NCBI GenBank assembly: GCA_964574215.1
Contig: CAZNLR010000010.1
Span: 9,954 to 73,953, forward strand
DNA length: 64,000 bases
DNA from: an uncultured Rhodospirillaceae bacterium
GTDB lineage: Bacteria > Pseudomonadota > Alphaproteobacteria > Rhodospirillales > UBA2165
Direction of reading: 5' to 3'
The stretch's first letter is position 1; each line of letters starts with the position of its first letter. The translations under genes and the position numbers were made by a program. Positions 55,587 through 62,528 of the stretch are shown here, in pieces. Under the pieces are notes generated by a model. That model was not told the DNA's origin. It worked only from the letters and a program-made list of their open reading frames with translations, and did not search any database.

Positions 55587-56089
55587 TGGGCCGTATTTTT
55601 GATATTCTCGGACAAGGCGTTGCTTATCTTCTGTTTGCGTTGTTTGTCGGGTATTTCGCCAACTCACCGCCTTACAGCCCGTTGGAAAAGGATCAGGCGC
55701 TGGTCAGGCTGAGCATCTCCTACCCCGGACAGCGCATTGCCGAATGCCGCAAGCTGTCGGCCAAGGAACTGCGCGCGAAGGCTCACAACATGCGCAAAGC
55801 CTTCGATTGCCCGCGGGAGCGTCACGCCGTGCGGATCGAGGTGCTGATGGATGGCAAGCCGTTATACGACGGCATCGTCTCGCCCTCGGGTTTGGCCAAT
55901 GACGGTAAATCCCTTTTCTACGAAAACTTTCCCGTTCCCGCCGGCGAACATACGCTGATGGCCCGGCTTTACGACAACGGCGCTAATAAAAAAGCCGGGT
56001 TTCAGGGTGAAAGAGCAGTGCAGCTTGCACCCGGCAAAGTCGCCATCGTCGGTTTCGACCATCGGGATCATAAAATTATGATCAAGTAG
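55583..56089 (+). CDS. Membrane-anchored protein of unknown function
   Basis: 168 aa. GTG 55583 or ATG 55586 overlaps the upstream stop, and AAAGGGGAGG SD lies upstream. It has one N-terminal TM helix (VAYLLFALFVGYF) followed by a soluble domain with no motif I recognise. Confidence 0.6.
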   Translation: MMGRIFDILGQGVAYLLFALFVGYFANSPPYSPLEKDQALVRLSISYPGQRIAECRKLSAKELRAKAHNMRKAFDCPRERHAVRIEVLMDGKPLYDGIVSPSGLANDGKSLFYENFPVPAGEHTLMARLYDNGANKKAGFQGERAVQLAPGKVAIVGFDHRDHKIMIK

Positions 56090-56103
56090 GGCGGCCCAAA
56101 AAT

Positions 56104-56323
56104 GGGGACAGGATCGTTTAGTATCCCCGCTACCGCCAATACCCAACCGAGTTCACAAAGCACACAGAGGCTGCCGGAATGGGACGGGGACATGAACTTG
56201 TTTCGTGTCCCCGAACCGTCCATCGGGAATTAAGTTAAGTATCGTGTCCCCGAACCGTCGTCCCCGAACAGTCCTGTCCTTTTTTCAAGCCTATTAACGG
56301 CCTGTCCCCCTCTCGGAGGACAG
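56104..56323. repeat. Cluster of short GGGGACA / TGTCCCC repeats including an 18-nt direct repeat
   Basis: TCGTGTCCCCGAACCGTC occurs at 56203-56220 and 56242-56259, with a partial third copy GTCCCCGAACAGTC at 56260-56273. GGGGACA occurs at 56104-56110 and 56186-56192. TGTCCCC also occurs at 56303-56309. Confidence 0.7.
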
Positions 56324-56509
56324 ACGCTGGCTGCGCGTGCGCCTATGAATCACCGTTAGAATTTCAATTTTGCCCATTTATATGGCTGAAATTAAACCTT
56401 TTCCTCCCATTTTTCAAATAATTCTAAAATTAACTAAAAAATTCTAACTTCTATTTGATTTTTTACTAAAGGTTTGATATCTTGTTGGCTGATTGACGAG
56501 GCCCCAAAA

Positions 56510-57157
56510 ATGCAAGAATTAAAATCAACTTATAAAACCGAGAAAAAAAGCCGCCGCCGCCGGGAAATTCTGGATGGGGCCGCTGCCGTAATTGCCGAGC
56601 ACGGCTATTTTGCCGCCTCAATGAAAGATATCGCTGATCGGCTCGATCTGAGACCCGGCAGTCTTTACTATTATCTCAAATCGAAGGAAGCCGCCCTCGA
56701 AGAAATCTGCTGGGACGGTGGCATGGAATATGTCTATTACGTCGAACGACTGGCCAAAAGCGGCGCGCCCGCCATGGAAATAATAAGATCAGCCATTAGT
56801 CATCACCTGAGAAATGAAAAACGCGATTACGTTGAATGTTTCGTTTACAACCGGCGTCATCTCGGTGGTGCAGTGGCCGATGGGTTGAACGATGTGGCGC
56901 GGCGATATCTGCGCGCCTGGATTGGGGTTTTTGAACAAGGCATAGAGGAAGGCGTTTTTTCGCTGGGTCTTGATTGCCGATTTGCTGCCACGACGGCGTT
57001 GTCGGTGGTAAACGGCGCGACGCTTGCCTTGAGGGGCAAAGGATCGGAGGAATCGGACCGGTATATTCGTCAAACCACGGAATTTTTTCTCACGGGACTG
57101 GGTGTCTCCGGATGCGGTGAGCCCGCCTACGTAAAAAAGAAAGTTGCCATCGGATAG
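56510..57157 (+). CDS. TetR/AcrR-family transcriptional regulator
   Basis: ATG 56510 is preferred over the TTG 56474 of the track. The HTH is RRREILDGAAAVIAEHGYFAASMKDIADRLDLRPGSLYYYLKSKEAAL. Confidence 0.85.
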   Translation: MQELKSTYKTEKKSRRRREILDGAAAVIAEHGYFAASMKDIADRLDLRPGSLYYYLKSKEAALEEICWDGGMEYVYYVERLAKSGAPAMEIIRSAISHHLRNEKRDYVECFVYNRRHLGGAVADGLNDVARRYLRAWIGVFEQGIEEGVFSLGLDCRFAATTALSVVNGATLALRGKGSEESDRYIRQTTEFFLTGLGVSGCGEPAYVKKKVAIG

Positions 57158-57223
57158 TAAGAGTTTTGATCAAGGGGAGGGGGTTTTCTCCCATTTAACA
57201 TTTCCAGGAAGGAGGAAATTAAC

Positions 57224-57871
57224 ATGACTGACCAATCAAAATTAGTAGACCTAATCGCCGGTATGGACGAAGAGCCCGCCGTCAAATTATCGGTCGAACT
57301 CATGGATGCGGGTACGCCGCCGGAAGATATTCTGGCCGCCTGCCGCCAAGCCATGGATATCGTCGGTAAGAAATTCGAGGAAGGCGAATTCTTTATTCCC
57401 GAGTTGATTCTGGCCGGTGAAATGCTGGAACAGATCGGTAACGAGGTGAAACCTCGCATTAAGGACACTGCCGGCCCGGCCAAGGAAACGTTGGGTACGG
57501 TGATCATCGGTACGGTGCACGGTGATTTGCACGATATCGGTAAAAATATCGTGACCTTCATGTTGGACGTGAACGGCTACGAAGTCATTGATCTTGGCGT
57601 CGACGTCAAACCGCAGGCTTTCATCGATGCTATCAAGGAAAGCTCGGCGCCCGTGGTGGGTCTCAGCGGTTTCCTGACCTTGGCGTTCGATTCCATGAAA
57701 GAAACGGTTGAAGCCATTACCGAGGCCGGTCTCCGCGATAACATTAAAATCATGATCGGCGGCGGACAGGTCGATGAACAAATCCGGACTTACACCGGCG
57801 CCGATTCCTTCGGTCTCAATGCCATGACCGCGGTATCGCAATGCCGGGAATGGATTGCCGAAGCCGCCTAA
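57224..57871 (+). CDS. Corrinoid (cobalamin-binding) protein of a methyltransferase system
   Basis: 215 aa with a GGAAGGAGG SD. It has an N-terminal helical cap plus a B12-binding Rossmann domain with DxHxxG (GDLHDIGKN) and GGG (IMIGGGQV). Confidence 0.85.
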   Translation: MTDQSKLVDLIAGMDEEPAVKLSVELMDAGTPPEDILAACRQAMDIVGKKFEEGEFFIPELILAGEMLEQIGNEVKPRIKDTAGPAKETLGTVIIGTVHGDLHDIGKNIVTFMLDVNGYEVIDLGVDVKPQAFIDAIKESSAPVVGLSGFLTLAFDSMKETVEAITEAGLRDNIKIMIGGGQVDEQIRTYTGADSFGLNAMTAVSQCREWIAEAA

Positions 57872-57896
57872 GCGGTAAACATGACACCAATCTAAG

Positions 57897-59321
57897 ATGG
57901 GTGGGGAAATGCTCGCACTACGAACATGGTCGGCACAGCATGCGCGTTTGGTCGAGATCGTCTATACGGCGTTCTCGCAGGCGGTAAAGCTGTTTACGCC
58001 CATTTTCCGGCGGGTTCCCCAATCCCTTTTAGAGGGGCCGGTCAAAGGCGTCGAACGTTGGGCCAAAGGCTTGATGTTCGATTGCCAGATGTGCGGCCAA
58101 TGCGTGCTCAGTGAAACGGGTATGTCGTGCCCCATGAACTGCCCCAAAAGTCTGCGCAACGGTCCCTGCGGCGGGGTATTCGAAGACGGCGGCTGCGAAG
58201 TGAAGCCGGAAATGCGCTGTGTCTGGTTTAACGCCTGGGACGGCGCCGGCCTGATGAAAAAAGGTGATACGATAAAAGATATCCGCCGACCACTGCGCCA
58301 AAGAATGGCTGGTAAATCAACCTGGGTTCCGATCATGCGGGGCGAGGGTGCCCGCCCGCCGTGGCTGGAGGATGATGACATTGACAGCGACTCCTCTGTC
58401 ACAAAACCGCCGCTCAGCCGTCTTCAGGAAATTTTGCAGGCGGGCGAGTTTGCCGTTACCTGCGAATATAATCCCCCGAATACGGTGATAACCGCCGATA
58501 TTGTGTCCAAAGCGGCATCGTTGGTCGAGGCGTGTGACGCCGTCAATGTCACCGATTGCGCCGGCGCGTATGTCCACATCTCCAGTCTGGCCACCTGCGC
58601 TATCTTGACCCGGGAAGGCGCCGAGCCGGTCATGCAGATGACGTGCCGAGACCGCAATCGCCTGGCCGTTCAGGCTGATATCATGGGGGCCGCGGCGCTG
58701 GGAATTAAGAACATTTTATGCATGACCGGTGATGCGGTCGAGGGCGGTGATCATCCCGACGGCAAGCCGGTTTTCGATCTGGATTCGTCTTCCCTGATCA
58801 GGACCGTTAAGCATATGCGGGATGAAAAAAGTTTTGTGACGGGGAAAGATCTGAAATCAGCCCCCAACCTTTTTATCGGTGGCACGGCCAATCCCATGGC
58901 GCCCTCGACGGAGATCGAAATCAACCGGATGATTAAAAAAGCCGCTGCCGGGGCGCAGTTTTTCCAAACTCAGTTCTGCTATGACATGGAACGGTTCGAG
59001 GCTTTCATGAGCGCCTACCGCGAAACCGGACTGCAAAAATCACGTCACCTGATTATCGGGATCGGCCCTTTGAATTCTGCCCGGGCGGCGCGTTGGATGA
59101 GGGAAAATATTCCCGGTGTCAGAATCCCGCGGGCCATCATCGACCGAATGGAAAGCGTCACAGACCAGAAAGCCGAAGGCCGCGAAATCTGCATAGAAAC
59201 CATCAACCAGTTGAAACATATAGACGGCGTATCCGGCGTTCACATCATGGCCATCAACCAGGAAAGCGCCATTCCGGAAATTGTAAAACGGGCTGAAATC
59301 GGCCCACAATTTAGGAACTAG
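57897..59321 (+). CDS. metF: Fusion of a MetV-type Cys-rich (MTHFR_C) domain with methylenetetrahydrofolate reductase (MetF)
   Basis: 474 aa. The N-terminal ~150 aa carry CQMCGQC-x8-CPMNCPK-x5-PCGG. The remainder is a MetF TIM barrel (FAVTCEYNPP, VNVTD, MQMTCRDRNR, NILCMTGD). Confidence 0.75.
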   Translation: MGGEMLALRTWSAQHARLVEIVYTAFSQAVKLFTPIFRRVPQSLLEGPVKGVERWAKGLMFDCQMCGQCVLSETGMSCPMNCPKSLRNGPCGGVFEDGGCEVKPEMRCVWFNAWDGAGLMKKGDTIKDIRRPLRQRMAGKSTWVPIMRGEGARPPWLEDDDIDSDSSVTKPPLSRLQEILQAGEFAVTCEYNPPNTVITADIVSKAASLVEACDAVNVTDCAGAYVHISSLATCAILTREGAEPVMQMTCRDRNRLAVQADIMGAAALGIKNILCMTGDAVEGGDHPDGKPVFDLDSSSLIRTVKHMRDEKSFVTGKDLKSAPNLFIGGTANPMAPSTEIEINRMIKKAAAGAQFFQTQFCYDMERFEAFMSAYRETGLQKSRHLIIGIGPLNSARAARWMRENIPGVRIPRAIIDRMESVTDQKAEGREICIETINQLKHIDGVSGVHIMAINQESAIPEIVKRAEIGPQFRN

Positions 59322-59328
59322 GGATATT

Positions 59329-60567
59329 ATGAATAAAGACTCCAAAGAATTATTCGACGAACGCCGTCAGCGCATTGCCGATCAAGTGGCGTTGAAAGAG
59401 ACCGACCGGATTCCGTTTTTCTATTCGACCCGGTTCTGGGCGGCGACCTTGGACGGCATTACCTTTGAAGAATCCATGTACGACGTGGAAAAAGCCGTCA
59501 AATCCAATACAAGAGCCATTGAACTGTTGCAGCCGGACGCTTTCTCACCGGCCTGCCATCCCTTCGGCCAGGCCATGGAAATAATGGACTACCATCCTGT
59601 TGAGTGGCCGGGTCATGGCACCGATCCCAATGCTTGTTTTCAATATATCGACAAGGAGTTTATGCCCGCCGATGAATACGACGAGTATCTGACCGACCCG
59701 ACAAATTTCTACATGCAGAAATATCTGCCCAGGATCGGCGGCGCTTTCGAAGGGCTCAAGCACTTTCCCGAATTCACCACCTTATCGGAATGGAGCCTGA
59801 TCAGCGGTATGCGGGCTTTCGCCAATCCTGAACTGCAGGAATCCTTTAAGCGCCTGATGGAGGCCGGCGAACTGGTCGATGCCGCCATGAACCGGGTGAC
59901 CGAGTTTATGAAGGAGATGATCGCGTTGGGTTATCCCATGGCTGCCGGCGGGTTCTGCAAGGCACCCTACGACCACATCGTCGACTTTCTGCGGGGCTCC
60001 AAGGGCGGCATGCTGGATATGTTCCGCCACAAGGACAAGATGCTGGAAGTGATCGAAAAAGCGCGGCTCAAACTGATCAAGGGTGTCGCCGAAGGGGCCA
60101 AGAAAGTCGACTGCCCGTATGTCTTTATCCCTCTTCATTGGGGGCTGGACGGGTTCATGTCGCCGGATCAGTTTAAGACCTTCTATTGGCCGGGACTGCA
60201 CAGGACCCTCATGTATTTTATCGAGCAGGACATTGTCCCCGTCGTTCTGTGGGAAGGTGATTGCACCACGCGCTTGGAAATGATCGGGGACGTTCCCGCC
60301 GGCAAGGCCGTCTATTGGTTTGAACGCACCGATCTGGTTCAAGCCAAGGAAGTGCTCGGCGACGTTGTCTGCCTGCGGGGCAATGTGCCTGCCTCACTGC
60401 TCAACACCGGTACGCCCGATGAAGTAGATGACTACTGCAAAAATTTAATTGAGAAAGTCGGTAAGGGCGGCGGCTTCATGCTGGACGGTGCCGCCAGTAT
60501 CCCAGATGAATCACCGACGGAAAACATCGTCGCCATGGCCGAGTCGGTCAGAAAGTATGCCAATTAA
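59329..60567 (+). CDS. Uroporphyrinogen-decarboxylase (URO-D)-family methyltransferase, paralog 1
   Basis: 412 aa. It has a URO-D/MtaA-like TIM-barrel pattern with a C-terminal block (VFIPLHWGLDGFMSPDQF...LWEGDC...LRGNVP) shared with the next gene. Confidence 0.65.
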   Translation: MNKDSKELFDERRQRIADQVALKETDRIPFFYSTRFWAATLDGITFEESMYDVEKAVKSNTRAIELLQPDAFSPACHPFGQAMEIMDYHPVEWPGHGTDPNACFQYIDKEFMPADEYDEYLTDPTNFYMQKYLPRIGGAFEGLKHFPEFTTLSEWSLISGMRAFANPELQESFKRLMEAGELVDAAMNRVTEFMKEMIALGYPMAAGGFCKAPYDHIVDFLRGSKGGMLDMFRHKDKMLEVIEKARLKLIKGVAEGAKKVDCPYVFIPLHWGLDGFMSPDQFKTFYWPGLHRTLMYFIEQDIVPVVLWEGDCTTRLEMIGDVPAGKAVYWFERTDLVQAKEVLGDVVCLRGNVPASLLNTGTPDEVDDYCKNLIEKVGKGGGFMLDGAASIPDESPTENIVAMAESVRKYAN

Positions 60568-60586
60568 TTTTAAGGAGGGGGAACCC

Positions 60587-61834
60587 ATGTCAGATAAAAG
60601 CGGTGAAGAACTTTATGCGGAGCGCGTGCAACGCATTCGGGACAATATTGACCTGAAGGAAACCGACCGGGTTCCCTACACATTTTTCTCCCACTTCTGG
60701 TCGGCGACGCTGGCGGAGATGACGTTCGAAGACGCGATGTATGATTACGACCGCTACAACGACGCCATGCGCAAGACCATGGAAGTCCTCAATCCCGACG
60801 ACTACGCCATGACGCAAATATTTATCAGTCTGGGACCGACCCTGGAACGCATGGGTTTCAAGCAACTGGAATGGCCGGGCCACGGCACCGATCCCAACGT
60901 GTCCTATCAGTTTTTGGATCAGGAATATATGTCGGCGGACGAATACGACGACTATTTGCGCGACCCGACGGGCTTTTTCCTGCGTAAATATATGCCGCGG
61001 GTGGCGACGGCGTTTGAGCCTTTGGCCATGCTGCCCAATTTCTCCTCGCTTTATTACACCAAGATGATCCGGGCGACGACGGCTTTCGCCAATCCCAAAC
61101 TGATGGCGGGGTTCGAGGAAATTGCCGAAGCCGGCCGGGAAATGCGCAAAATGATGGGGGGCGCCATCGCCTTCACCCAGGAAATGGAGGCGCTTGGTTA
61201 TCCGCAGAGCATCGGCGGTACGGCGGCGGCACCGTTCGATCATTTCGCCGACTATCTGCGCGGCTCCAAGGGCGCCATGCTGGATATGTTCCGTCACAAA
61301 GACAAGCTTTTGGAAGCCATGGACAAGGCGGCTTACTTCATCGCCGAAGACACCATCGAAGCCACCAAGCACAATCCCTGTAAGCAGGTGTTTATTCCTC
61401 TCCATTGGGGATTGGATGGCTTTATGTCACCGGATCAGTTCAACACCTTCTTCTGGCCGCAATTGCGAAAAATCATCCTGATGCTAATCGAAGCAGATTT
61501 GACGCCTTGCGTATTGTGGGAAGGTGACTGCGATACGCGGCTTGAATTCATCGGCGATATTCCGGAGAAAAAAGCCGTTTACTGGTTCGAAAAAACCGAT
61601 CTCAAAAAAGCCAAAGACGTGCTGGGCGATGTGGTTTGCCTGCGCGGTAACGTGCCGTCCTCCATGTTGACCACCGGTACGCCCGACGATGTCGATGAGT
61701 TCTGCAAGGACCTCATCAAATATGTGGGTAAGGGTGGCGGCTTTATTTTGGACGGCGCCATCGGCGTGCCGGACGAGGCGAAGACCGAGAATGTGGTCGC
61801 CATGGCGCAATCCGTTCACAAATACGCCAACTAG
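60587..61834 (+). CDS. URO-D-family methyltransferase, paralog 2
   Basis: ATG 60587 after AAGGAGGGGG is preferred. The track start 60449 lies inside the previous gene. 415 aa, collinear with paralog 1. Confidence 0.65.
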   Translation: MSDKSGEELYAERVQRIRDNIDLKETDRVPYTFFSHFWSATLAEMTFEDAMYDYDRYNDAMRKTMEVLNPDDYAMTQIFISLGPTLERMGFKQLEWPGHGTDPNVSYQFLDQEYMSADEYDDYLRDPTGFFLRKYMPRVATAFEPLAMLPNFSSLYYTKMIRATTAFANPKLMAGFEEIAEAGREMRKMMGGAIAFTQEMEALGYPQSIGGTAAAPFDHFADYLRGSKGAMLDMFRHKDKLLEAMDKAAYFIAEDTIEATKHNPCKQVFIPLHWGLDGFMSPDQFNTFFWPQLRKIILMLIEADLTPCVLWEGDCDTRLEFIGDIPEKKAVYWFEKTDLKKAKDVLGDVVCLRGNVPSSMLTTGTPDDVDEFCKDLIKYVGKGGGFILDGAIGVPDEAKTENVVAMAQSVHKYAN

Positions 61835-61844
61835 GAAACGAAGC

Positions 61845-62528
61845 ATGCCCGTCGTCACTCAATGGCCCGCTCTGCTGTCTCTGGAGAACCTCTGGAAATG
61901 GCACGGCATCAAATGCCGGGGCGGCCTGCATCCCAAGTTCAAGGAGATGGCGCCGGACGTGTTGGCGGAAGCTGAGGAAATGCAACTGCTACAGCCGAAA
62001 ATGGTCTACGAGGTGCTTCCGGTGGAGGACATGGGCGATTTGCTGTCTGAAATGCCCAATGCGGCGGCACGCATTAAGGATGCATCGAAATTGGCGGTAG
62101 CGGTAGCCACCATTGGGCCGGGTATCGAAAACCGGATCAATGAGCTGTTCGTTCAGAAAAAGGCGATGAAGGCTCTGGTCTACGAGGAACTTGGCGTTGC
62201 CGCCATGTTCAAACTTTCCAACGAAGTGCTGAAATACCTTCAACGGCAGGCGTCGGAACTGGACCTTGATCCCAGCGGTCCTCTCCATCCCGGTGATAAC
62301 GATGCCGATATTTTTCTCCAACACCAGGTCCATGAATTGGTGGATGGCGGCCTCATCGATGTGTCGGTGATCGAATCGGGTATGTTGAAACCGGCCAAAT
62401 CGCTTTCGATTCTTGTCGGCTACGGCGAAGGACTAATCAGGTGGCGGAGAGAAGAAAACTGCGAGACCTGCCAGATACGGGATGTTTGCCGCTACAGAAA
62501 TAATGAAACGGAACTGGCACTAGCATGA
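61845..62528 (+). CDS. Methionine-synthase-activation-domain-like protein (Met_synt_B12-like); function uncertain
   Basis: ATG 61845 is used, because the track start 61689 lies inside the previous gene. 227 aa. The segments GPLHPGDND and SGMLKPAKSLSILVGYG resemble the RPAPGYP and SVSG elements of the MetH reactivation domain. The C-terminus has CETCQIRDVC. Confidence 0.45.
   Translation: MPVVTQWPALLSLENLWKWHGIKCRGGLHPKFKEMAPDVLAEAEEMQLLQPKMVYEVLPVEDMGDLLSEMPNAAARIKDASKLAVAVATIGPGIENRINELFVQKKAMKALVYEELGVAAMFKLSNEVLKYLQRQASELDLDPSGPLHPGDNDADIFLQHQVHELVDGGLIDVSVIESGMLKPAKSLSILVGYGEGLIRWRREENCETCQIRDVCRYRNNETELALA

Noticed and set aside
56090-57223. Cobalamin riboswitch upstream of the corrinoid-protein cluster
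   Set aside because: I looked for a B12-box-like element (GCCACTG-type core with flanking conserved helices) in both spacers and did not see one. The region instead contains GGGGACA repeats, an AT-rich promoter-like stretch and a TetR gene.
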